A stretch of DNA of 61,355 nt, counting the filler, from Sphacelaria rigidula (taxonomy: Eukaryota), in assembly GCA_964200075.2 (NCBI GenBank). It is 8 parts of 8 records of this genome, joined end to end, with 100 filler letters (N's around TTAATTAATTAA, not from the genome) between each part and the next. Parts side by side here need not be neighbours in the genome. Positions count along the whole stretch, not along the records: positions 46,094 to 53,674 come from CAXNAA020014229.1; positions 53,775 to 61,355 come from CAXNAA020014230.1; 6 more parts are not named here. One strand, given 5' to 3'. How positions within the stretch are numbered: the stretch's first letter is position 1; each line of letters begins with the position of its first letter. The position numbers and the translations under genes were made by a program. The notes below the pieces were generated by a model. It made no database searches. It was given only the letters and a program-made list of their open reading frames with translations, and was not told where the DNA came from. Shown piece by piece: positions 50,012 through 61,355 of this stretch.

Positions 50012-51145
50012 AAACAATACACCACCATTAAATGAAAAAAATGTTAAAGTTACAGCAAACTAAAAAAATTTAATATCGAGCAAGCGCTAAACTCTCAATC
50101 TGGGGAAAGGTTTTCATCAAAACACACAGGAAGAAGATCGGCCACACGGATTGACCATCCACTCTGAAGAGACGCAGGCGCTGCGAAACGGACAGGGCAC
50201 ACGGAAACACTCACACGCGCGCATACACGCCCTACGGAGCTCGAAGGTTCACCATGGCACAAGCTGGCGGCGAGAATTTTCAGTCAACCGCAAAGTAAAT
50301 CACGTCACACCACACCACGCTACACTTCTCCACCGCGATGTCAAGGCAACCTTTTGCCCGATTGCGCAAGTATGAGACAGGTTTGCAACACCATCGTTCA
50401 CGCCAAGGACTGGAAGAAATGGTGGACCACCAAGGGAGCTGTAAAAAAAATGGAAGAAAACAACTGAGGAATGACACCCGAAATGTACAAGGCGCCAAAT
50501 AAGTCAAATACGGAACACACCGTCCCTGCACACAAAGAGCGGTAATAACACGAAAAGAAGCGATAACAATGGCGCGTTTCATCGTCAAACGAAACATCGA
50601 GATACTAACAAGAATCGGGAGCGGGGGGGGGGGGGAGGTGAGACAAAAAATATAAGGCAGCGAACGCACGACAAAATAATGTCGCGGCTACGCACCCACC
50701 ATCATGCGCTATTCGAACATTTAAACTAAGGGAAAATCTATCGTCCACCACGTCACACGCCAGGTTCGCACACCTCTCGATGAGACAAGCATCCCCCCCC
50801 CCCAACCCCTCGCTCCCCATTGCTACCGCCATCAACCGGCACCTAAATCTCGGGAGAATCAACCTTTTAACACAATGCACCGCCGATGTATGCACAGGCG
50901 TCTGGTACAGTACAAGCGCCCTCCTTGACCCTCGTCTCCCCTCGAACGTATATAAATCGCATCGGTAAATCTCTCCCTTGCCCCGCCCCGGTTATGCCTT
51001 CTGTGGAACCCAGGCAAAGCGAAGATGTACAGTGAAAAAATACCATGGCACTCTTTCCCGGCTTCCCTCGCGCCCCTGCAACGAAAGGTGAGCTATAGCC
51101 ATGTCTTTCGCGCCATTTCTGTAGATGACGTCCCCCCTTTTTGTA

Positions 51146-51448
51146 TCAAAGAAGGGGCCGCGTAAGGCCCGCCGAATCCACCCCGTGTCGCCGAGTGTCC
51201 ATGACGGCGTACGTGGCGCACAGACACGTGACGATGATCACGATTCCGAGACCGTTGCTCAGCCTGCAGCCGGCATACAGGTCCCAGTAGTGCGCGGCGG
51301 GGTTATAGTCGGGTTCTGTGAGCGTGTAGTCCACGCCGCAACCCAGAATGCTGTTCTTGTCCATGATTCCCGAGATACATGTGAACGCCGCTGCAAAGTA
51401 GGTGAAGATGCCGATGAACACATGTCGCGGCATGTACTGCGCCTTTAC
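51146..51448 (-). CDS. Cytochrome b561 family protein, last exon
   Basis: CAG acceptor at 51449-51451, phase 0. VKAQYMPRHVFIGIFTY... to stop, with heme His in PRHVFIG. Confidence 0.88.
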   Translation of the reverse strand, partial: VKAQYMPRHVFIGIFTYFAAAFTCISGIMDKNSILGCGVDYTLTEPDYNPAAHYWDLYAGCRLSNGLGIVIIVTCLCATYAVMDTRRHGVDSAGLTRPLL

Positions 51449-52430
51449 CTGTGTTGTGTGTCGGAGCGGGGAGATCGAGTTGCGCGGGTGCCAAAAATAG
51501 TGGCAGCAGCGGCGGAATCGGTGGTGGGAATGAAGGGACAAGGCCATGTGTCCCAGCAGTACTGCGACGAATGTAGTAAGTAGGGCACAAATAACGACAG
51601 GGAACTTCGCCACCTATATACCACATGGGTTAGCCCATTTCCTACAATTCCCATTGGGCATCCTGCGCGGTCGAAGAGTCGACCCCTTCATTTTCAAGTC
51701 GGAATCCTCGATTAACGCTCGACAGACGGACATTTTTGGGTGGGTTCGGAAGATTTTCATCTGGTGGAGAGGCAACGACGTCACGAAAATGGCCGTTGCT
51801 AGGCGTACGCCTCACGTCGCAGTCATTAGTGCAGGAACCACGAAAAAACTGTAGCGGTCATCGCACCGACAGTACAGGTGCTAGGGCATTGCATGAAGAT
51901 TACTCGTGTTGCAGAGTCCGAGCACGTGACGACCGAAAGCACATTTTCACCGCGGAAACACACGCAAACCTGTGCATTGCATAAACGCCACGTTCCCTTA
52001 GACGATTCCGTGGGCGATGAAATCAACTCGCGAGAACACGGCCAGACACAGCCGAGCCTGATTCATGAAACCAAAGTTCAAGAACGAAAACCTGAACGAA
52101 CCCGCTTGACAATTGGGCCTGGTTCAAGATGTTGTGATCTCATCGGCCGATAACAAAACCTCGCGCACGAACTCATGTTGGCGTTCACGCGGCCAATTGG
52201 CGGCCATGAACGCATGGAACGCTTATTCTTGACATCCTCGGAAGGCTGTCAGGCGGCCATCTCGCGACTGAGCGCCTATCGGGTTGGTCTTCCGACAATT
52301 AGTCCACACACCCGACTCGTGCAAAATGAGAACATGACCATAGCTTCATCCGTCTGTTCAAGTGGAAACACCGTGTACACTCAGACAAGACCGGTTGTGC
52401 TTCCGCAGAGGACGACAAAAAAAAACTCAC

Positions 52431-52562
52431 CGATTGAGAGGTGCACCCCAAGAAGAAGCTGAAGAACCCCCCGACGTAGTTGGCGTAAAACAGAGTCACC
52501 ACCACGATACCGGCCCAGCTGTGCATTGTGTACAGGTTCGCATACAATTCTTCGTTGTGGTA
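52431..52562 (-). CDS. Cytochrome b561 family protein, internal exon
   Basis: CAG acceptor and GTGAGT donor, 132 nt, phase 0-0. YHNEELYANLYTMHSWAGIVVVTLF matches the b561 NLYSLHSW motif. Confidence 0.9.
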
Positions 52563-53120
52563 CTGTCATGGAACAAGACACATACACGGATGTGTACGAA
52601 AACGAACAACAGCGGCGAGCGAAGAGACAGGAGAGGTAGAATATCGCTTGAAAAAAAAATGTGATATCAAATATTCCGCTGCGATAAGTTTGCGACATCT
52701 CAATGGATATCGGATTGCCTGCGTTTTACCCATGAGCCTCTGCAAAACTCTTATTATTTCGAAGATATACCTGTAGAATTATCTTCATGCCCGTCATCCA
52801 AGATCGCTTGAGAGCACGCACGACATGAGGCGTTTATTTTTTCAGGTGACAGCAACACGAACCGCTCTGGATCTCGTGTTGATGTTCTCGACGGGAACTG
52901 ACATATGAACGTTAGGGTGTCGGAGCGTTTGGTCTACTTGACTCCCCCTCTCAACATCAAGTGAAACACATGAACATGGAAACACACTGTGACCCGACGT
53001 TGTGAAACCGAACGTAAACGTACGTCGGAGTCAAGTGTACACAACTGTGCCGGAAATGACACCACGACACCTTGCTGGTCGAGCAAGGACAACGAAAGCA
53101 AAAACAGCAAAAACAGTTAC

Positions 53121-53239
53121 CTGGAACACGGCCCACAGCCCGAGAGAAATAAGCACAGCTGCCACGAACATGAAGAAATTGTGGAGTCTCTTCCTGGTCT
53201 CCCTGCTGAGGAACAGCAGCGTTCGATACGACAGAATAC
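53121..53239 (-). CDS. Cytochrome b561 family protein, internal exon (5' exons lie beyond the contig end)
   Basis: CAG acceptor and GTAACT donor. ILSYRTLLFLSRETRKRLHNFFMFVAAVLISLGLWAVFQ (YR..K..H motif) splices in frame to the next exon. Confidence 0.87.
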
Positions 53240-53361
53240 CTGCCCATCATATAACAGGGCCGGACGGGGCATTAAACAGAAAAAAAAAACTCCAAATGTT
53301 CGGACTGAGACGAAAACAAACATGAAGTACCGTTTGGGGCCGAATGCTTTTTTAGAGTGAC

Positions 53362-53610
53362 GGACACTTTCTACGATAGTACCGCCCCCAAACGTGCATG
53401 GTTTAGAGAGGCAAAATCTTCACGTAGAGCGAAATGGACGGAGCCGAGCACAACGAGCAGCTGGGGATTCCCACGCCTGGGTTCGTTCTAGCCAATACCG
53501 CCAACATGAGGCGCTTCATACAGCCTAAACCTAAACATGAAGCGCTGTATAGCCATTTTTTTCGTGACACTTGTGGCCTTTTTTTTTTGGTGGGGGGGGG
53601 GGGGGGGGTA
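53362..53610. mobile_element. Intronic copy of the 9710-9963 MITE family
   Basis: GACACTTTCTACGA...GCCGAGCACAACGAGCAGCTGGGGATTCCC...CCATTTTTTTCGTGACA matches the reverse complement of 9750-9963. Confidence 0.8.
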
Positions 53611-53674
53611 GTTGGGAGCGTTTCATTTTTTTTTTCCTCTCCCCCCCACATAATCTATTTTTATTGCTTTTTGT

Positions 53675-53774
53675 NNNNNNNNNNNNNNNNNNNNNNNNNN
53701 NNNNNNNNNNNNNNNNNNTTAATTAATTAANNNNNNNNNNNNNNNNNNNNNNNNNNNNNNNNNNNNNNNNNNNN
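53675..53774. other. Artificial contig linker
   Basis: N44-TTAATTAATTAA-N44. Confidence 0.98.
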
Positions 53775-53859
53775 CGTCACTTTCACTCCGAGGAGGGCGA
53801 CTCCCCTTGCCAGCGCTCTATCGACTGCCATCAGAATGTCTAGTGTAAGATAGATGCAG

Positions 53860-55490
53860 CTACAGCTCTCACAGCTGTCCCAAAAACCAGTGTGCAATGC
53901 CCACTGCACGGCAGGTACCAAACCCACCCAGGCGTTGGCATCGCGTCTTTCTCTCTGCATTACGACCTTCAAGGTGCGAACAATGTCACGCACCATTCGC
54001 TCACATTCACGATGTGATAACCGCGAGTTGGCCACCACGAATCTGCGATTCATCAGCGCCTTCTTAAGCACTCTCACCACACGACTCTCATATTGCGATA
54101 CCGTATCGTTGACCCATCCCTCCTGCGGCCCCAGCGCTTTGCACCATGTCAACAGATGCTTCACCGTCGTTGCCGCCGTACAAGACTCCGCGGGCTCCAA
54201 CCGCACGAAGTCGCCCGGGTCATCCATCCTTACCAATATGTACTTGAACCGATCTCCTTTGTTCAAGCCATTATCTCCCAGCGGACCACCCTCGCCAACA
54301 CTGAGAAAATTGAAATGAAAAACCTTCCCTGGGCGGGCACCATGCACCACCTCCTTGTGGTGACGGGAAACGTCCTCCCACGCCTTGTGTGCACTCATCC
54401 AGCGAAAACAGGACTTCTCGGGCGTTGCAATCGCCGCTCTCGCCCACTCTTCCTGCAAACTGCAGTATACGAGCCCGAGCGCCACCAATGTTGCGATGCA
54501 GCGTGCCAACCAGCCATCCTGACCGGAAAGTACGCCCTCGGCCGAGCCTTTACCTCCACAGCAGCAGGTTTGAATTTCACCTCAAGGGCTCGACGCGATC
54601 AGGCGGACAACCATGCAGCACTCTCCTGAAAATGCTCGCTCTGTTCCGTGCAGGCTCACGAATCTGGCTCACGTCGCCATCCGATATGCTGTTACCCGCG
54701 GCGGCTTGTACTGCCTCCTCCGGCGCAAAATCAAGCTCAGTAAGCTCTTGTTCCGGGGATATGCTCATCGCCGGACTTCTCGACAACAACCGCTCGACTG
54801 AGGAATAAACGGGCTCCGCCCGACCTCCTGGTTGCTGTAAAGCGTCAACCGTGGTACTGACACGCCGACAGTCCGTGAAATCAGGCGTGTTTACACCTCG
54901 TACCGAAGTGTTTCTTGCACGTGCACAGGCACCTAAGCGACTGTACACGTCAATGCCCAGCGCCTCCAGCGTAGGGCTCCCCATGATGATCACATCATCT
55001 GTACCCGGCATGACCGCATATGAACATGGGTCCAGCACAACCGGTCTCCAGCTGGTGTGTAAAGCGGTTCGGACAGGGCAAGTTTTCTGCTTCACGCGCT
55101 CAAAATTGCCGTTAGCCAGTATCACCAGCTGTTCACCAACCATCGGTGTGACCACTCGAATATCTGGAACCATAGCTTGCATTTTCGCCGCTACACCCAC
55201 TGACATGGTCGTAATTCCAGATCCCGAGTCTAAAATGGCCTTGACCGGACAAACACCCTTTGCCCCTGCACTCGGGACAGACAAGTCGGCAAGACACCAC
55301 CTTTCTTTGCTATTTACTTGCAGAGCCTCAGATTGAAAACCTGACACATCACCCGCTTTGAGTGATCTCCATGCTGGCACCGCCTTAGATTTCGAACCCA
55401 GGAGAGAGTGCGATGAGATGGTCTGCTGCACGCCACCTGTAGAAACGACCGGTTCTGGTGGCAACGTCGCCCCCCCGCTGGGAGCACTTT
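53860..55490 (-). pseudogene. Gypsy pol remnant: protease, RT N-terminus, large deletion, integrase core
   Basis: VKAILDSGSGITTMS. VKARPRAY...LVALGLVY...WA. Then directly FHFNFL...KYILVRMDD...ECERMVR...WVGLVPAVQWAL. Confidence 0.82.
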
Positions 55491-56110
55491 GTCGATGTGC
55501 TTGACGAAAACGCTTTGAGGCGACAGGTGACATCAATCGTTGAGGCTCAGCAAGAGTTGCACCAGAAGGTGGCGCAGCGTGTCGACAAGAATCGCGATCT
55601 ACAGAGACGTGTGGCTAGTAAGGGGAAGCTTCCTAACTTTGTGGTGGGCGATTATGTGCTGGCGGCGAGGGTGAGGCGTTCGGCAACTACGCCGAAGCTT
55701 GTGAGTACGTGGACGGGCCTTGGCGGATTGTGACAGCGGAACAACAACATGTGTACGGGGTACAGAACATTGTGAATGGCGAAGTACAGGATGTGCATGT
55801 CGCCCTCCTTCGATTTTATGCGGACAAGGAGCTGAAGATTACGGCTGATGTGAAGGAGGTGTTCCAGTATGCTTTTGCACAAGGCGAGTTCGAGATGGCG
55901 GCTATTGTCGGTGTATCTGAGTACGAAGCAGGAGATGGATTTTATGTACAAGTGGAGTGAGTCGGATTTGGCAAAGATGAAAACTCGTGGGAGCCTCTGG
56001 AAACTATTTTGGACGGAGCCCCGTAATTTGTAAAATCTGAGCTGCGTAAGTTGGGATTAAGTAAAAAGGTGCGAGCACGTTTGCAGGCAAAGGATGGTAT
56101 GAAGCTTTGA
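55490..56110 (+). pseudogene. Gypsy integrase C-terminus (GPY/F-type motif) and chromodomain
   Basis: VGDYVL...PKLVSTWT/GPWRIV...VHV. FEMAAIVG...FYVQVE*VGFGKDENSWEPLETI. Confidence 0.85.
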
Positions 56111-57059
56111 AAATATGATAATATCGAATGCTGCTGGTTGAGATGGTACTTTACTTGACACCTTTGCTTCGTATGAGAATGCTTACATGGAAATTACCTT
56201 TGAAGAATGGTTGAATTTCCTGAGTTCGCTTGAGACATTGTCTTTGAATGTCGATGCTCAAAGTTGTGCGCGTTATTGTTTCGTGGAACATGACAGTACA
56301 AGGTCGTGTGTCACTACCGGGGGGACAAATGTAGCATACGTGATAGTCGGTGTCTACTGTTTTGTCGAACTCGCTTTCTACTTCGAGTAGTGCGGAGTTT
56401 CGGGGGTGCTGTAGAGTAGTCCACCCCCAGTACACGTACAAGCAGGTTCACAATGATCTACAGATGGAACAATCTGTTGCAGGCGTTTTCTATTGGTTGA
56501 CGGACTTGCGGGTCTGATCGGCAGACTATGTGGATTTCAATATCACATGCTTCACGCACGTGGTTACTTCCGATAACGAAGGCTGTGTGTTTACAAATAA
56601 CAACTGTCTTGAAGTCTCCAGATCCTAGTGAGGAAGGAAGCCCTTGGAGCAATCTTGTGACGTTGTTCTGAGTCCAGGAGGGCTCTATAGCATGGCAAAG
56701 TATTCATGTCTTTGTACCTCGCCTGCTTGGCCTGCACATCCCTTCGGTTTCCGCTGACCGTTCTTTTGGTATCCCCCCGCCCTTTTGGTACCCACCCCTC
56801 CCCAAAATATATCTGTAACCGTAAGCTAGGGTCAACATCTCTCATAACATTTTCCTAGCGGTATTTTCTCCTCATAATATGTTGCGAAATACGAGGGGAA
56901 ATAACCAACCGGAAAAAACGGCCTTAGCCCATGTATACACGGACTGGGGGGCAAAAGGATGAATTACTTTAAAAAAAAAATTCTGCGTGTTGGATCCCAT
57001 ACGCTGATAACGGTGCAGTATGCGGGATATGCCCAGCTGACGCTGTTCGTAATAAATAT

Positions 57060-57440
57060 TTTTTTGCCCAATTTTCGGATGAATTCGAGGGCAAATTGAA
57101 GATTTATTTCGAGCTTCTTCTGCTGCTCAAATTCCAAATCTGCCAGTGTGCATGAGATTTGCGCAGCAGAAAAAGCTGTTCGAAATAGATCCTTTTTTCG
57201 CCCAATTTAAATGGGCGAAACGAGGATCAATTTTGAATAGGTTCTTCTGCTGTTCGAAATATATCCTTTTTTTGCCCAAATAAATTGGGCGAAAAAAGGA
57301 TCTGTTTTGAATAGCTTCTCCTGCTGTCCGAGATAAATCCTCTTTTTGCCCGATTCAATCGGGCAAAAAGAGGATTTATCTCAATCGGGCAAAACGAGGA
57401 TTTATCTCGGACAGCAGGAGAAGCTATTCAAAAACAAACT
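57060..57440. repeat. Array of alternately oriented ~45-bp units forming tandem palindromes
   Basis: CAGCAG.A.AAGCT.TTC.AAA.AGATCCTTTTTTCGCCCAATTT and its reverse complement recur back to back. Confidence 0.75.
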
Positions 57441-58339
57441 TACAGATTTTATACCCAAAATAATTTGGAATTTTCAAAATTGGGAAGGCCTCTCCAAGGG
57501 TTACTTGCAGGGTTTCGACAAAAACGCTATGCAAAATGCTATTGCAGGTACTAGGGTTTGCAAATGCTGCACAGGGGTTTTCACAAAGACTGTGGAGAAC
57601 CCTGTGCAGCTCGTCCTACAGGGTGCTATTGGTCCACGTGTGAGATGAGAGAACTCGCAATATTGCGTAAAAAACTATTACCTATGTTCAGGGTAAGTTT
57701 TGTTGTTCGCTTCATTTATTTTGTCCAAAATACATTTCTCAGGTCGTTTCCTACGGTTCGTATTTTGTTGGGCTCATATTGTCCGCTTTTGGTACATTTA
57801 ACGAGGTTTTTGGCCGTCAAAGAGGGAAAATCGCCATCAGACGTATTTTTCAGCCCGAAATCTCTGAGACAAGCGAATCGGAAAAGTAGACGGGACTCCT
57901 CTCGGTAGGGTGATGCAAACTGTCCAAGACGCGCGCTTGCGATTTTTCCTCTTTAGGGGTCGAAAGCTTTGTCAAATGTCCCAAGAGTGGGAAATACGAG
58001 CCCAAATATTGAATATAAACCGGCGGAAAAGGCTCAAACGATATGCTTGAGATTTGAAGGTTGTCCACAGCTTCATGTCCAGCAGTCGCGGTTTGTTCGT
58101 TTTTCCATGCGTTGCGCCCATTAACGTCGGGTTATCCGCTGTTACTAAGTTACTATTCGTAATTTCAATGATGGTATACACACATTAATTTCCCGCCTTG
58201 CTCCGCCTTGTCACAAAGTATAAGAAGCAATAATACATGGTTATGTACATGAACATCATCAAAATATATCAGAAATAAAAACATCGATCCATCAAAATGC
58301 TTTCATCTATCCCTCTGCTGCTGTGTCCAATTCCCGCAG

Positions 58340-58648
58340 GTGACCACGGACACGTTTGGGCCTTTCATCGACAACGTCACACCGAAACATGTGTTCGTGG
58401 CAGCGACAGCCGACCAGGGGGGGAACGTGGTCAACGCCTGTAGATCTCTCGGCGTCCCTGTACTTCTTTTTCGCGCCCACCGGATCAACTCGGCTGTGAT
58501 GTGGATGCTCGGGATCGCCGGCTCAGCCGCTAGGTGCCAGAACAAGGACATGAAGGAGCTCATTCAGGAAGCCGCCGCGTTGATCGGCGTGTTCACCCAT
58601 TCCGCCGTCAACAACGATGCTCTGCGAGCAGTCTGTTCATGTGAACAG
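58340..58648 (+). CDS. hAT transposase-like exon
   Basis: TTCCCGCAG acceptor and CAG/GT donor, 309 nt in frame. ATADQGGNVVNA (second catalytic D) and FRAHRINSAV (CxxH position with C changed), then LIGVFTHS. Confidence 0.7.
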
Positions 58649-58891
58649 GTACACTGAGTGAACATGCACACGTGCGGATAGAATGATGCGGACGTGCGGG
58701 TACGGGTAGTCGAGTGTGTGTGACTACAGTATCCCGCTCATGGCAGCTACCGAGCTGCCATGAGCGCTCACTCTCAACATCTGATCCCTCAGTCATAGGG
58801 TCAACTCAGTCTAGGCACTCTGCAATAATACAAAAGATAAAACTATCTATCCTTCGCCACGGGCCACGGAATACACTAGTGTTACAACCGG

Positions 58892-61355
58892 TTGGGCAGA
58901 ATGGCACAAGAGGGTGATAGGCCTGCTACAGTTATGGGTGAGCAGGTTGTTACAGAGGAGTTGCGAGAGGTACGTAGTCAGATGAGTTCCTTGGCTCAAC
59001 TCATCCGTGATATGCAGCTAAGCCAAGCTACGGTACAGAGTAATTTGGCTAACATGAGGACAGTAAGAGAGGCCGGGGGTGCAGAAAACAACGGCGTCCT
59101 CGATAGTGAAGGTTCCAACAGTGAACGGGGGGAATTCAACATAAATAGGACAGCGGAACGGCGTGGCGCTGGAGTTCGACGGGAGCGACGGTACATCGGG
59201 AGCCAAACTGTTCCAGAGGACAGAGCGCGCGACGACATGGACAATGAGGCCACCAGTGACGAAGCCAGGGGCTTTGTCCCCGCACGTGAGTCACTCCAAC
59301 TTAACGATACAAGTGGAAATGTGTCAGGGGTTCCCGCTTTTCGACAGAACGTCCCAACATTTTCAGGGAAGAGCGCTGATTATGCTCGGTACAGGCACAA
59401 ACTGGTCAACTTCGCAAGGGGCGAAGGAGTTGACTGGGTGTTCACCATGGCCGGCAATAGTTCTTACGATGTAGATGTCGGTAATCCTGAGATAGCGATG
59501 GGGTATCTAGAGAACAGACATGGGGGACGCAGTGGCAGCCAACGTAAGGGCCAGACGAATGCTTGTAGCTAGTTTAGAAGGAAGGAGGGAGCAAAATATT
59601 TTGCTTAGAACCCACTCACCTGCTGCGGTTTGGAGAAACCTCGAGGATGTATTTCGCCCCAAACCAAATGGGGCGAGAACCGCTTTGTTGGAAAAGTTTG
59701 ATAGAATCAAGATCGATGCTCGTGATGATCCAGAGCAGAAGCTGCTTGAGATGGATGAGCTTGCACGTAACCTGAACTCGTACGAGGAGCATGAACGACT
59801 AAGCAAAAACCATGTTCTCCTGAAATTCCTCAAAGCGTTGCCTTTCGAGTATCACATCCAGAAGCAATTCCTCGAGGATTGAGAGGGACCGCTGACACGG
59901 GAGGTTGCGTTGACTTCGATTCGAAAGCGTTTCGAATCAACATCTTTGAAACAGGAACTTGCCCGGAGAAAGAAGTCACCCCCGGGCGACTAGGCTCTTC
60001 TTGCCGGGGGTGGAACCGGAAAACCGAGCGGTGCTTACCGCAAGGGAAAACCAGGAAAATCCCAGGGCTCTGACCAGAAGAACGGCGGGAGCCAGAGTTC
60101 GAGTACCTCTGGGTCGGCATCGTCGGTCGGCAAACCGGCGACTGGGCAGCTGCTCCGCTGCCACGTTTGCGACGAGAAAACGACGCATCGGGCCAGGAAC
60201 TGCCCGAAGAGATACTGCAGGAGGTGCGGCCAGCAGGGGCACACGTTCTGGGACTGCCCGAGATCAACAGAGAAGAAAGAAGACGCGATGATGGCTACGG
60301 GCACGGCCGATGACAGCGACAGCTCCTCCGTCTGTTCGGTGGCGGATGGGGAGGCTTTGATCTCTCTTGACACCACCATCAACGACAACCTAGGCGAGTA
60401 TGCATTGAGTGTTGAGCGGGGGGGGTGATAGTCAGCAGGGTGAGGGCGAATCGTGGATATTTGACACGGGGGCTACCCAGTATTTCTCCCACGATTCCCA
60501 TGGGATGACGGAGTACAGAGAGTGCAAGGGTAGGGTACTACGGTGCGCGGGAGGTAGTACTTACCCAATCGTAGGCAGAGGAAATTTGTCTCTTGCCTTC
60601 AGATCTGACGGATAGGATGTAATCCTAAAACTAGTGGATGTTGACCTCGTACCTGGTGTCCGTTGTGCAGACTATGTGTTGGGCATAGATATCATACATC
60701 GTTTCTCAGGCATGTAGTCAACCAGCCTGGTAGGAGCCAGTGCGGTTCAGTACGAAGTAGAAACAGGAACGGTCCGGAAACCAGTACTGTAGCCAGTGCT
60801 TAGTCTAGCCAGAACAGCTCCGCGGCTCTATATTGTAAGCTCTATAGTTGGGGTTTAGGGCTGAGATTCAGAGAGCGAAGGTTCAGATAGAGCTACACAC
60901 CAGCGGGTGACGTCTGAATGAATACTGAAAAGCATGATGCTGCAGCGCCCCACTCGGGTACGTCGTCTGCTCGACCCATCAACATCTCTCGTGACAATTG
61001 TCTTGCTCCGCTATAAAATGGTGCACTGCGAGGAAGCGCGCCACGGCTACACCAAACAACACCTCACAAGTGCACATCCATCATCACCTCTTGTCACTCA
61101 CCACGGTCCAATACATGGGACACACCTACACTGGTTTTCGTGATGGTGTCAGGGTAGACCTCAATTCAGAAAATGCGCTGATAATACCCGGACAACCACG
61201 TCAACTCAGAATGTACGCCCGCCGCCTAAATCAAAGTGGTAGTGACAAGTGTGCTTCGGCATATGCTGTTATTGCCCCGGGGGCTCCGCCTAGCCCCCAG
61301 ACCGCTGACATCAACGAGTTCCACTGTTCCCACGCTCACATCCACGAGGATTTAC
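58892..61355 (+). pseudogene. Ty1/Copia gag-pol 5' portion (frameshifted), running off the contig; LTR probably ~58655-58885
   Basis: VPTFSGKSADY, SPAAVWRNLE, FLKALPFEY. Two CCHC knuckles CHVCDEKTTHRARNC and CRRCGQQGHTFWDC. Protease WIFDTGAT. Pre-integrase DINEFHCSHAHIHED. Confidence 0.9.
60664..61076. mobile_element. Solo LTR (413 bp) nested in the Copia element
   Basis: Termini TGTGCA...TGCACA, 5-bp TSD TCCGT/TCCAT. Removal restores VPGVRHHLLSL. Confidence 0.85.

Noticed and set aside
51449-51613. N-terminal part of the 155-aa ORF 51146-51613
   Set aside because: Intron read-through upstream of the CAG acceptor at 51449-51451.
56410-56462. TGTAGA...TCTACA after GGGGGTG as the 3' LTR of the chromovirus
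   Set aside because: Only 53 bp and no second copy; cannot be supported.

Overview
Eukaryotic, repeat-rich nuclear DNA. A brown alga-like source is inferred from gene and intron style, not proven. The window is not one locus. It is eight unrelated contigs of 7,581-7,583 bp (1-7583, 7684-15265, 15366-22947, 23048-30629, 30730-38311, 38412-45993, 46094-53674, 53775-61355), sorted by length and joined by artificial 100-bp N44-TTAATTAATTAA-N44 linkers. The only clear host gene is the 3' three exons of a cytochrome b561. The rest is mostly decayed transposons: Ty3/Gypsy (one with a chromodomain), Ty1/Copia, a LINE, a tRNA-derived SINE, remnants of hAT transposases (some with splice signals), and MITEs with piggyBac-, PIF/Harbinger-, hAT- and P-like ends. 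The most striking observation is a complete, well-folding, CCA-terminated tRNA-Ser(GCU) at 46442-46526. It lies antisense exactly at the primer-binding site of a Gypsy element, directly after the LTR and fused to pol with gag/protease missing. Also notable are two large inverted-repeat structures, a gag-protease-only Copia derivative, an internally inverted chromovirus-like element and several nested insertions that can be reconstructed precisely.
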